From: an uncultured virus (IMG/VR IMGVR_UViG_3300031133_000402)
Lineage: Duplodnaviria; Heunggongvirae; Uroviricota; Caudoviricetes
IMG/VR virus record: IMGVR_UViG_3300031133_000402
Direction: 5' to 3' (one strand)
Length of the DNA stretch: 64,000 bases
Every line of letters starts with the position of its first letter. Position 1 is the stretch's first letter. The translations under genes were made by a program, and so were the position numbers. The notes beneath the pieces were generated by a model, which was given only the letters and a program-made list of their open reading frames with translations, did no database searches and was not told where the DNA came from. Of this stretch, positions 1 to 8,153 are shown one piece after another.

Positions 1-717
1 CAGGATGTCGTTTCGCGACCCCTCGTGCGTGATGGGGATGAAGGCGAGATCGTAGCCCTGCTGGCAGTCGGTCTCGTTCATGAGACGCGTGTCCGCGCTC
101 TCGATCTGCCACCACAGGCCTTCGGACAGGGTCGGATCGACCTGGAACGTGCCCGACCACGACTTGTCGACGGTCTTGATGAACAGGTCGCCCGATCCGG
201 AGTCGTCGACGACCTTGCGCAATGCCGCCTCGATGCCGCGTTCACCCTCCACGTCGCCGTTCGCGAGCGCCATCGGCCGTCCGGCGTGATGCAGGAACGT
301 CTCGCTGGTGGCGTATCCGCTCGCGGCGCGCACGCTGCGCGCGTCGGACCCCACGACGTCCATTTCGAGCGGCACCGTCTTCATGAAGTCGTCGTTCGTC
401 CAGTGGCCGAACATCGCGCCGACGGGTGCGTCGGGACGCGAGGCCGGCACCATCCAGCCGCTGCCCGAGACGTGCACGCGGCCGCCGACCGGAAGCAGGG
501 TGAGATCCACGCCGAGCGTTTCCGCCGCATGGAGGATGGTCGCGTTCTCGATCCAGTCCTCCGGATCGGATCCTTCGGTCTCCTCCGTCGGCAGCGGGAA
601 GGGCCTGGAATCCGGAAACCGGCGCAGCCAGGTGTCGAGCAGCTCGGGCGCACGCGCCTCGATGCCGGCGGGATGCTTGTGGGTCGGATACGGCCGATAG
701 GCGTAGATGGCGCGCAT
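1..717 (-). CDS. Hypothetical protein, runs off the window edge; possibly ATP-grasp-like
   Basis: Hand-translated open frame from ATG 717 (MRAIYAYRPYPTHKHP...DLFIKTVDKSWSG...) with no stop before base 1; not in the ORF track. The fold guess is weak. Confidence 0.7.
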   Translation of the reverse strand, partial: MRAIYAYRPYPTHKHPAGIEARAPELLDTWLRRFPDSRPFPLPTEETEGSDPEDWIENATILHAAETLGVDLTLLPVGGRVHVSGSGWMVPASRPDAPVGAMFGHWTNDDFMKTVPLEMDVVGSDARSVRAASGYATSETFLHHAGRPMALANGDVEGERGIEAALRKVVDDSGSGDLFIKTVDKSWSGTFQVDPTLSEGLWWQIESADTRLMNETDCQQGYDLAFIPITHEGSRNDIL

Positions 718-738
718 GGTTTTCGGCTCCCAGGATTA

Positions 739-768
739 TCAGGTTGATGAGCCGGAGCTCCAACCTGA
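739..768 (-). repeat. Subterminal hairpin at the 3' end of element 1 (candidate omega/reRNA scaffold end)
   Basis: TCAGGTTG...CAACCTGA with inner GAGC-CGGA-GCTC stem. Confidence 0.6.
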
Positions 769-777
769 AGCCCTGGT

Positions 778-2349
778 CTACGCGACGTGTCCGATCTGAG
801 CGGCGGCCACCGTGAGGTGTCCGCTTTTCCTGGAACCCATTCGTCGCACCGCGTACCTCCTACCCGCATGGTCGAAGGGCCCGGGATCCATCGCCTGGAG
901 CGGTGGATGCGGGCGGCGCACGTCAATCTGCGCCGCTTTCACTGCCCGGTGGATCAACTTCCAGCATTCCGCCTGCGCCATGGCTTTCGCTATGATGTCC
1001 GGCGCCGCTCCATCCTTCCCTGGGAGGGGCTGCACCGTCCGCGGAACCACCGGAAGGCGGTCCTTGTCTCCACGCGACGCGGCGATGCCGCGGCGCGCGA
1101 TTTCCGCTGCGGCCGCACAGGCGTCCGGCAGGTCGAAGAGCATGTTGCCGATGGTGGTGGAGTAGCCACCCCATACGGCCGTGAGCTTTATGCCGCCAAG
1201 GGCGCAACGGCGGGCGAGGCCACCGATCAGCGCGGTCCGGCTCCAGAAGTTGATGGTCTGAGCGGCGGGCTCGCCGCGCGACTTCTTGGACCAGCGCAGC
1301 TTGCCGAGACCATCCTCGTGGAAGATGGTCTCGGCGTGCCACTTGCGGGCGAGGCCCGAGGCCATACGCGCGGCACGCGCCATGTGCGTGGCCAGAGCCT
1401 CCGAGGATGAGCCGATCGGTACGTCCATGCGGATCAGTCGGTGGTCGAGGATGCGGACTGCGTCCGCATCGCGCGCGTCTGAGCGGTGATCTATCTCGAT
1501 GACGGTCAGACCGATCCACTGAGGGTTGAGATCCACGCCGACTGCGCGCGACGTCATCGCCGGGATGGCTGGACGCCATTCCGGATGGACTGGGCGGATC
1601 GAATGGTCGACTGGCTTGATCTTGTATGCGGAATCATGCGTATCAGGGTCGTTGCGGGGCCTGCCTCGTGGCTTGTGACCCAGGGCCTCGCGTTCGGCCT
1701 TTTGAACCTGCTCCAGAGTCATGTCCGGCGGAAGTTTGCGCAGATCCATAGGATCGAAGGTGATGGTCACGCTCGAGGAGCCGAGCGTGAAGCCGATGCC
1801 GATCTCGCAGGCATTGGTCAGCATCGCGAGGGCTTTGACCAGATAGCCCGTCTTGCCGGACATCTGAGGCAGATTGAGTGTCACGGTCTTGCTGAGGAAC
1901 CCGACCGTTGCCTTGAGTCCGTCATGCGACAGTTTGAGATGTCGGTTTCCGTCGCGGGTGCGGTCTCCAACGATCTCGATGGGTCTGGACTGGCGGCGTC
2001 GCCTCCAGTCTTCCTGGCTGATGAGACCTTTTGCACGCCGTTCGAACTCGTTGCGTCCGCCGAAGACGATTTTCCCGTTTGGCTGCTGCTTGCGCATGCG
2101 CAGCGCTTCACGCGTGGCGCAGTGGATTGCCCATGACCCCAGCGGATGCTCTGGGAACAGCCTCTTCAGGAGGTTCCTGAGATCCTTCTCCGGCATGTGT
2201 CTGCCATCCGGCAGTCCCGAACGCGCATAACCTGTGCGCACGACGCATGCTTGAAGGCGCTGCCAATCCGCGATCAGCGTCTTGTCGTCGTCCGAAGCGA
2301 CATAGGGAATTGTGATCGTCTGCACGAGGAACGGATTAGCAACACTCAA
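778..2349 (-). CDS. tnpB: TnpB-like RNA-guided RuvC endonuclease (IS200/IS605/IS607 OrfB superfamily)
   Basis: RuvC-I AVGVDLNP, RuvC-II IFHEDGL, GYSTTIG, RuvC-III LPDACAAAAEIARRG; no CxxC zinc finger; true start may be GTG 2325 (VQTIT). Confidence 0.85.
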   Translation of the reverse strand: MSVANPFLVQTITIPYVASDDDKTLIADWQRLQACVVRTGYARSGLPDGRHMPEKDLRNLLKRLFPEHPLGSWAIHCATREALRMRKQQPNGKIVFGGRNEFERRAKGLISQEDWRRRRQSRPIEIVGDRTRDGNRHLKLSHDGLKATVGFLSKTVTLNLPQMSGKTGYLVKALAMLTNACEIGIGFTLGSSSVTITFDPMDLRKLPPDMTLEQVQKAEREALGHKPRGRPRNDPDTHDSAYKIKPVDHSIRPVHPEWRPAIPAMTSRAVGVDLNPQWIGLTVIEIDHRSDARDADAVRILDHRLIRMDVPIGSSSEALATHMARAARMASGLARKWHAETIFHEDGLGKLRWSKKSRGEPAAQTINFWSRTALIGGLARRCALGGIKLTAVWGGYSTTIGNMLFDLPDACAAAAEIARRGIAASRGDKDRLPVVPRTVQPLPGKDGAAPDIIAKAMAQAECWKLIHRAVKAAQIDVRRPHPPLQAMDPGPFDHAGRRYAVRRMGSRKSGHLTVAAAQIGHVA

Positions 2350-2361
2350 GCGTCTGGGGAA

Positions 2362-2403
2362 GGATTATCGGGTTGGAGACGGTCAGCTTCGACCCGATAA
2401 TCC
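2362..2403. repeat. Long subterminal hairpin at the 5' end of element 1
   Basis: GGATTATCGGGTTGGAG-N8-CTTCGACCCGATAATCC, a near-perfect palindrome. Confidence 0.75.
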
Positions 2404-2464
2404 GGAGAACCTGGTTTCCCCCTTGGTGTCGGTGTCGTGCATCCCGCCGAAGCGGAGGTGTGCG

Positions 2465-2623
2465 TCAGGCGGCCTTGGCGAGGACGATGGCGTCCCAGGC
2501 GCGGCATTCCTCGTCGTCGGCCATGGGGAGGATCGTGAGGACCGGGCTGCGCGTCTGCGAGCGGACGTCAGGCATGGGGACGACGTTGCCGCGCGGGGCG
2601 GGGATGCGACGTAGAGCCTTCAT
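2465..2623 (-). CDS. Small hypothetical protein (52 aa)
   Basis: AGAGGAAAAGAAC RBS, then MKALRRIP... Confidence 0.55.
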   Translation of the reverse strand: MKALRRIPAPRGNVVPMPDVRSQTRSPVLTILPMADDEECRAWDAIVLAKAA

Positions 2624-2652
2624 GTTCTTTTCCTCTTTGCCATGGGTAGCAT

Positions 2653-2892
2653 TCAATCCGCCTCGGTCGGATCCTCCTCCAGCAGCGCCATCAGATGCGC
2701 CAGCAGCGCGGCGTCGTCGTCCGGAAGCGATACCCAGCCCGCGGCGTAGCCGTCGGAGTGCAGACGCCAGGCGGCGTCGAGATCGGACCGCGGAGCCGTG
2801 TGGCCGTGCGCGGCCAGCACGCGCTCCATGCGGTCGACGTCGTCCGGGAAGGTCTCGCGGTGCGTCTCGCGCGCCAGGCGGTAGCGGGTCAT
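2653..2892 (-). CDS. Small hypothetical protein
   Basis: GGAG RBS; MTRYRLARE...WRLHSDGYAAGW. Confidence 0.65.
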   Translation of the reverse strand: MTRYRLARETHRETFPDDVDRMERVLAAHGHTAPRSDLDAAWRLHSDGYAAGWVSLPDDDAALLAHLMALLEEDPTEAD

Positions 2893-2920
2893 GGTCGGTC
2901 TCCTTGGAAGGCACGTCCTA

Positions 2921-3103
2921 TCAGACGCGCAACGCCTTGGAGAGCCACCAATCGCATTCGTCCGCATCGTCGAACGGCCCGGAGACCAGGCCGTTCATGT
3001 CCGCGGCGTACCAGCCGGGACCCGCGTACGATTCGTCCTGCGAGAGCGGCGAGCCGTCCTCGACGTGTTCGGCATGTGCGAACATGGTCCCCATCCCTTC
3101 CAT
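2921..3103 (-). CDS. Small hypothetical protein
   Basis: TGATG coupling to the upstream gene; GWY...GPFD motif. Confidence 0.55.
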   Translation of the reverse strand: MEGMGTMFAHAEHVEDGSPLSQDESYAGPGWYAADMNGLVSGPFDDADECDWWLSKALRV

Positions 3104-3363
3104 CAGTTCGGTATCGCGCCGGGGTAGAACTTGGGCATCCGCGGATCGCGCATGGTCGCACCACGGCGATCGAGCTCGGTCGCCAGCTTCTGGGTGGCCT
3201 GGTAGCGATTCTCGCGGACATGTTCGTCCATCTCGTCGCGATCGTGCCACAGGCGGTCCATCGCCCAGCGCAGCTGATCGTCGGTGCGACCTTCGAAGTC
3301 GCTCGACATCATGTAGGCGACCTGCAGGTCCAGGGCTGCGTCGCCCTGTGGCCGTGTTGCCAT
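3103..3363 (-). CDS. Hypothetical protein
   Basis: MATRPQGD... downstream of GGAG. Confidence 0.6.
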   Translation of the reverse strand: MATRPQGDAALDLQVAYMMSSDFEGRTDDQLRWAMDRLWHDRDEMDEHVRENRYQATQKLATELDRRGATMRDPRMPKFYPGAIPN

Positions 3364-3471
3364 TTTCACCACTCCGTGTTGCTATATGAACCACGCATCC
3401 TAGCTGTCATGCCCGGTAGGAAGGATATGGAAGGCCCCCGACGGCCAAGGGCCGCCGGGAAGATGATCTCG

Positions 3472-4314
3472 TCAGGGTGCGACCGGATCGGATTCCAGCG
3501 AGAAACCGCTGCTCGGTCCTTCCGACCAGGCGTCGAGCACGATGCGGTCGTCCAGGACGGTCGCGGTCCGCACGATCGAGCCCAGGGGTCTGCTGATGCA
3601 GGCGGCGAGCGCCGTTTCCGGAAGCGCGTCGGCGACCGTGAGGGTGGCGCCGTCGAATTTGGCGCGGCCGCCGTGCAGCTGCAGGGGGACGGTCACCATC
3701 GGCACGGGGACGCCTGCGACCCACCGTAGTCTGCCCGATGGCTGGAACTGGACGCCGGAATAGGTGAGCCGACGCGCCTCGTCGTCGCTCGGAACGCGGG
3801 CTAGCTCGTCGATGGCGTCCTCGATCAGCTCGCCCGGATCCACGCCGTGCCGCTCCCGCATCTGATCCATCGTCCATCTGTCGAGATGCACATGGGAGAC
3901 GACGCCCAGGTTTGCGCCGTCGGCGGGAAGTCCCAGCGTGGCCGCGGCGCGAGCGCGCAGCGACAGCTCCTCGAACACGCCGGCCGCGAGCGACTCCAGG
4001 AGATTGGCGGCGGTGTCGATGTCGTCGGCCGCGAGGGCGGCCAGCGTTTCGAGGCGGAGCGCCTCTCCTTCCCTGCCGTACGGCAGTTCGGTGTCCACGG
4101 GATCGCCGCACGCGGCGACCAGATCCATCTCGATCTCGAAGCGTCGATGATGGAGCGTACCGGTCAGCGCGCTGCCGCACAGGGTGATGCGCCAGTCGCC
4201 GATGTCGCGGGGACCCGACACGCTCATGATGACGTTGGTGTTGCGCATGCCGGCAGCTCGCGCCGTGGGCTGGATTCGCCTCGACACGGCCGAGAGCGGC
4301 AGGTGATGGGACAT
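3472..4314 (-). CDS. PET-GR-L paralog family member, long type
   Basis: HVHLDR; LPETALAACISRPLGSIV...LDDRIV; GGAG RBS. Confidence 0.8.
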   Translation of the reverse strand: MSHHLPLSAVSRRIQPTARAAGMRNTNVIMSVSGPRDIGDWRITLCGSALTGTLHHRRFEIEMDLVAACGDPVDTELPYGREGEALRLETLAALAADDIDTAANLLESLAAGVFEELSLRARAAATLGLPADGANLGVVSHVHLDRWTMDQMRERHGVDPGELIEDAIDELARVPSDDEARRLTYSGVQFQPSGRLRWVAGVPVPMVTVPLQLHGGRAKFDGATLTVADALPETALAACISRPLGSIVRTATVLDDRIVLDAWSEGPSSGFSLESDPVAP

Positions 4315-4356
4315 GCGTCGACTCCTGGTGGAAAGGCATCGCGGGCCGAGGACTCG

Positions 4357-4530
4357 CTATCGGGCGAGCACGTCCACCACCGCCGCGAGGGCGAGGGCGA
4401 GCGGGGCGAGCAGCACGGCGAGCATGACGATTCCGTGGATGCGGTCGCGCCGATCGCGCTCCTCCATGCGCTTGTCCGCCCGCTGGTCGAACCAGGCCTG
4501 CAGCTCGGCGCTGCGCGGGGTGGTGGACAT
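4357..4530 (-). CDS. Small membrane protein; start uncertain, may extend to GTG about 4626
   Basis: C-terminal hydrophobic helix. Confidence 0.5.
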   Translation of the reverse strand: MSTTPRSAELQAWFDQRADKRMEERDRRDRIHGIVMLAVLLAPLALALAAVVDVLAR

Positions 4531-4758
4531 GCCGGTCCGACGATATCGGTACGGGACGGCATCGTTTCCGTCGGCCCGCGCGACGTGCTTGCGGGCGATG
4601 GCGATCGCGAGGGGAAGCACGCTCACGAGACCCTGGTCTCCGTACCGTCGGGTGCCTGGACGAAGCTGGCGGTCATGTCTTTTCTCCGGATGCGTCTGGC
4701 TTGCCATGCGGATGCTCAGCCGAAGCGGTCCGTGCGCCAGGCACGGACCGCGCCCTGG

Positions 4759-5385
4759 TCACCCGAGCGCCGCGGTCAACGCGGCGGATGCGCCCTTGAT
4801 GCTCGACGTCCGGTCGACGGGCTTGCGGTGCGCGGGGTGGACGTAGGTCCCGATCCGCTGCACCGGCAGGGCCGCCGCCATGTCGATCTCCTCGTCGGTG
4901 TCGGCATCGGCGGTCACGGCCTGGACCTGCACGACGGGCGCGTCGACGTCCTCGCGCATGATCGCGACCTGATGGCCTACGCGCCGACTGTATGCGGTCC
5001 GCACGCGCTCGATCATGGCCAACGCGTCGTCGACCGGTCCGGCGCATTCCGCGAGGCCGACCGCGTCGAGTTCGTCGATGTTCGGAATGGCGATCAGGTT
5101 GAGCTTCGCCATGCCCTTAAGGCTGGTGACCGGGATGCCCATGTCGTACGGCGCGTCGGACGTGAGCTGGGCGTAGGCGATGGGATGGCCGGTGTCGGCG
5201 CGCACGAACATCGTCAGCCCGTGGTCGCCGTAGCCGGTCCGCAGCGTCTTCTCGGAGCCGTCCGCGTAGACGAAGGTGACCATGTCGGCGCCGTCGCGGC
5301 GGATGGTGGAGAGCGCGAAGCCGTTGTCGGCGACCGCGTAGTGGGTGCGGTCCGCGAGCGCTTCGATCAGCGTGTCGTCGTTCAT
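4759..5385 (-). CDS. Hypothetical protein
   Basis: GGGAGAAAACAC RBS, 208 aa, GC-rich third positions. Confidence 0.8.
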   Translation of the reverse strand: MNDDTLIEALADRTHYAVADNGFALSTIRRDGADMVTFVYADGSEKTLRTGYGDHGLTMFVRADTGHPIAYAQLTSDAPYDMGIPVTSLKGMAKLNLIAIPNIDELDAVGLAECAGPVDDALAMIERVRTAYSRRVGHQVAIMREDVDAPVVQVQAVTADADTDEEIDMAAALPVQRIGTYVHPAHRKPVDRTSSIKGASAALTAALG

Positions 5386-5442
5386 GTGTTTTCTCCCTCG
5401 TCTGCTGGATGCAAGTCGAAGAAGATCGGCATGGATGCGAAT

Positions 5443-5810
5443 GTGGGGAGCTTCTGTTGCCCGGCGCTCCCCGTACCGCTGGAATCCCTTCTGTTGCCCG
5501 GTGGGTCCGACCGCGCTGTCTTGGTGTGACCATGGGCCGCTAGGCCCATTGGTTACGCCGCGATTGCGAGTGCTTCGTTGTCGTTGGCACTTGTGTAATG
5601 GCGCTTTGCAGGGCTGCCATGCTGAACGAAAGCTAGGCTCTTCATCACCAGTCGATCCTATTTCATCCCCATCAACAGCGGCGGAGAGCTGGAGCTCCCC
5701 ACGGTGCGACCATGGACCTACTGTCCAGATCCGCCGCTGATGGTGGAGATGCCGGGGTGCTGCCCCCCGGGTCCTCGGTGATTATGTACTTCGCGTTTAT
5801 CGTCGTATCC
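5443..5810 (-). ncRNA. ssrA: Two-piece (circularly permuted) alphaproteobacterial tmRNA; outer ends approximate
   Basis: Acceptor piece ends CATCTCCACCA (CCA ends at 5741); intervening hairpin 5671-5740; coding piece starts GGGGATGAAATAGGATCGAC (5670); G3-U70 pair; tag frame 5588-5553 = ANDNEALAIAA*; two CCGGGCAACAGAAG pseudoknot-like motifs. Confidence 0.93.
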
Positions 5811-5856
5811 GGTGTAACCGGCACTGTCGCCATCCTCGCGGATGTCGATTCCGTTG

Positions 5857-6261
5857 TCAAGACCGATCGGTCGCGGCGGCGCGCGCGGCTCGACCCGCCG
5901 CCTCCCATTCGGCGTCGTCGATGGCGATCCTGGCTCTGCGCGCCGCGGCCGCCGCCGCCTCGTGATCGACGATCGCCACGATGACCGGTCGCTTGGACCA
6001 CGGCGAGGCGATGATCGCCGTGAACGACCCCGAGCGCGCGACCTTGGCGAGGTCGCGGGACAGGTCGCCTTCCGCGTACGCGTAGGCGCGCGGCCGGTCC
6101 TCGAGATCGACGCCGGGCATCGGCACGACCTCCATGTGGTAGCTGCGGATCGAGCACCGGCGGCCCCGGCTGACGCGGGTCGTGGTCTTGAGCGAGGATG
6201 CCTCCACCCTGGTGTATGTCACCAGCGCGTGACCGGGCGGGACTTCGACTGCAGGCGTCAT
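5857..6261 (-). CDS. Hypothetical protein
   Basis: GAGG RBS, then MTPAVEV... Confidence 0.65.
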   Translation of the reverse strand: MTPAVEVPPGHALVTYTRVEASSLKTTTRVSRGRRCSIRSYHMEVVPMPGVDLEDRPRAYAYAEGDLSRDLAKVARSGSFTAIIASPWSKRPVIVAIVDHEAAAAAARRARIAIDDAEWEAAGRAARAAATDRS

Positions 6262-6359
6262 GGCGACCTCGGCATTGCTGGTTTGCAGGATGGATTGAAC
6301 GGTGATTTGATTCGTGGGATCATATGCCATCGAACGCCTTCGAATGGAGTGTGGAAAGC

Positions 6360-7208
6360 ATGCGCATAGCCGATCAGATCACGCCCGTCCCCGCGGTGGA
6401 CAGGAACAGCCCGAACCTTCTGACCATGCCGATGGTCGATCACGTCCTCGACGCGACGTCGCGTCTGAAGTGGGGCGAAAGGGCCGAGGAATCGCTTTCC
6501 CGTCAGAGCGTCGAGCGGGCGGTGTACGACATCGAGCGCGTCAAGACGATGTCGGAGGCGTCGAGTTCGCCGAGCATGGAACATGCCTACCAGCACGTGG
6601 CATCCGACATGGTCAGGCGGCTGTCGGAGTCCGTCGTGCGGGCGGTCGGGGCGGACAAGGTGACCTACGCGTCGGAGAGGGACGAGGCGGTGCTGACCGA
6701 CCCCGTGCGCGTGCAGTACGAAGCGGGGCTGCAGCGCCAGGATAAGGGGCCGTCGCTCGCCCAGCCGATCTTCGCCATGCAGACGCTCGAACGCAGCAGC
6801 GGGATCATGAACACCATGACCAATCGCGTCGCCGGGCAGATGCGCGACGACGAGGGCCGCGAAGCTCTCGCAGGCGTCGACAAGCTCGACTTCGCGACCG
6901 AGGAGCGCCGTCGCTCGCCGGGCGTGGACAAGCCGCGCGAAGAGCGCACGGGCGAGGAGCAGAGGACCCTGGCCGCCTACAACGCGATCGCCACCGAAGG
7001 TCTGGTGCAGGCCTCGACGAGCCTGGTCGGAGTGGCCGGGAAGGGGCTTCTGCAGCCCGAGGAGCTCGAGATCGTCGATCTCACCATCGCCGCGGCCGGC
7101 CGACGCGTCGAGAAGGGCTCGGAATTCGATGGGAAGGCGCCCGAGCACGTCGCCGAGCGTCGCGTCCAGGTGCAGGCGGCGATGGCCGCGGCGTCCATGC
7201 AGCGCTGA
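6360..7208 (+). CDS. Hypothetical protein, one of the few plus-strand genes
   Basis: GC-rich third positions on the + strand; GGAG upstream; alternative start at 6324. Confidence 0.75.
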   Translation: MRIADQITPVPAVDRNSPNLLTMPMVDHVLDATSRLKWGERAEESLSRQSVERAVYDIERVKTMSEASSSPSMEHAYQHVASDMVRRLSESVVRAVGADKVTYASERDEAVLTDPVRVQYEAGLQRQDKGPSLAQPIFAMQTLERSSGIMNTMTNRVAGQMRDDEGREALAGVDKLDFATEERRRSPGVDKPREERTGEEQRTLAAYNAIATEGLVQASTSLVGVAGKGLLQPEELEIVDLTIAAAGRRVEKGSEFDGKAPEHVAERRVQVQAAMAAASMQR

Positions 7209-7277
7209 CGGGTCCGAGGCCCGGCGCTACCGCGCGTCGGGCCTCGGATCAATGCCTCTAGTATGTTTGGGCGAATA

Positions 7278-7964
7278 TCATGAAAAATTGGTATTTTGCT
7301 TTTTTATATGAGCTGCAACGTAGCTCTTTATATATTTTTCATCGCCATTTGCAGGTATATCCGTGTAGCGGCGACCTCTGACAACATCATTAACGGTAGG
7401 ATACGAAACACCGAACATTCTTGCTATGTTCGTCCTGCTATAGCCTATTTTATATAACGCCTTAATTACGGAGACATCGTCTTCCGTGAATTTTGAGTAA
7501 CCGTTTTTAACTCCTGAAGCAGGATTTGTCAGACCGGTCTCATGGGCATGCTTCATGTTGCCAACGGATGTAAGAAGTTCGAGATTTTTTAAGCGGTAAT
7601 TTTGTTTGTTACCGTCAATGTGATTTACCTCGAGATTCAAAGGAATAACACCTTTGAAGTGAAGCCACATTAGACGGTGACATTGAATGTGACGAATGAC
7701 TCGACATTTTTTATCGAGCTTGCTCATCTTCGGGTATCCACCCGATCCTGTGGCCCATTGGCTGTGACCAGTGGAGACATGCGTTATTATACCGCACGCA
7801 GTGAGAGTTATTTCTCCTGAAGCTATGCAAGTCAGAAAAAATGATTCGGCTTCGGTTTTGCCGTGATTTACGATTGCGATGCTGGTGGGCCCGGCCGGAT
7901 TCGAACCGACAGCCTGGCTGTTATGGGCAGCTAGCTCTACCATTGAGCTACAGGCCCTGAGCAT
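7278..7964 (-). CDS. Free-standing HNH homing endonuclease with C-terminal HTH; start unresolved
   Basis: HRLMWLHFKG...EVNHIDGNKQNYRLKNLELLT..NMKHA; IARMFGVSYPTV HTH; AT-rich relative to flanks. Confidence 0.85.
   Translation of the reverse strand: MLRACSSMVELAAHNSQAVGSNPAGPTSIAIVNHGKTEAESFFLTCIASGEITLTACGIITHVSTGHSQWATGSGGYPKMSKLDKKCRVIRHIQCHRLMWLHFKGVIPLNLEVNHIDGNKQNYRLKNLELLTSVGNMKHAHETGLTNPASGVKNGYSKFTEDDVSVIKALYKIGYSRTNIARMFGVSYPTVNDVVRGRRYTDIPANGDEKYIKSYVAAHIKKQNTNFS
7883..7957 (-). tRNA. tRNA with CAU anticodon, most likely tRNA-Ile2
   Basis: GGGCCTGTAGCTCAATGGTAGAGC...CCCATAA...GTCGGTTCGAATCCGGCCGGGCCCACCA cloverleaf with encoded CCA. Confidence 0.88.
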
Positions 7965-8153
7965 CTTTAGGAAAGGCGGACAGAACGCACGAGATCTAGT
8001 TGATCAACGTGCTTCCAGCCCGCATGCCTATGACTGCACGCGTGCCTATTGCAACACGAGGCGAAGCGGTCATTCGATGCATTAGGATACGGAAGGCCGT
8101 CATGGCCTATGTGTGCATCTTATGATTTACATCGTCAAGGCCGAATTAGTTAC

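Larger units (their letters stand above)
723..2411 (-). mobile_element. TnpB-only non-autonomous insertion element, copy 1
   Basis: Imperfect inverted repeats at 725-747 and 2389-2411 (18/23), flanking TGGTTT direct repeats at 717-722 and 2412-2417, subterminal hairpins, and a single TnpB-like ORF. Confidence 0.8.

Noticed and set aside
5450..5501. Direct repeat CTTCTGTTGCCCGG (x2) as a mini-CRISPR or iteron
   Set aside because: Explained as the pseudoknot region of the tmRNA coding piece
7883..7957. Initiator or elongator tRNA-Met
   Set aside because: G1-C72 is paired, the anticodon stem lacks the GGG/CCC run, and the acceptor stem resembles Ile2; elongator Met is not fully excluded
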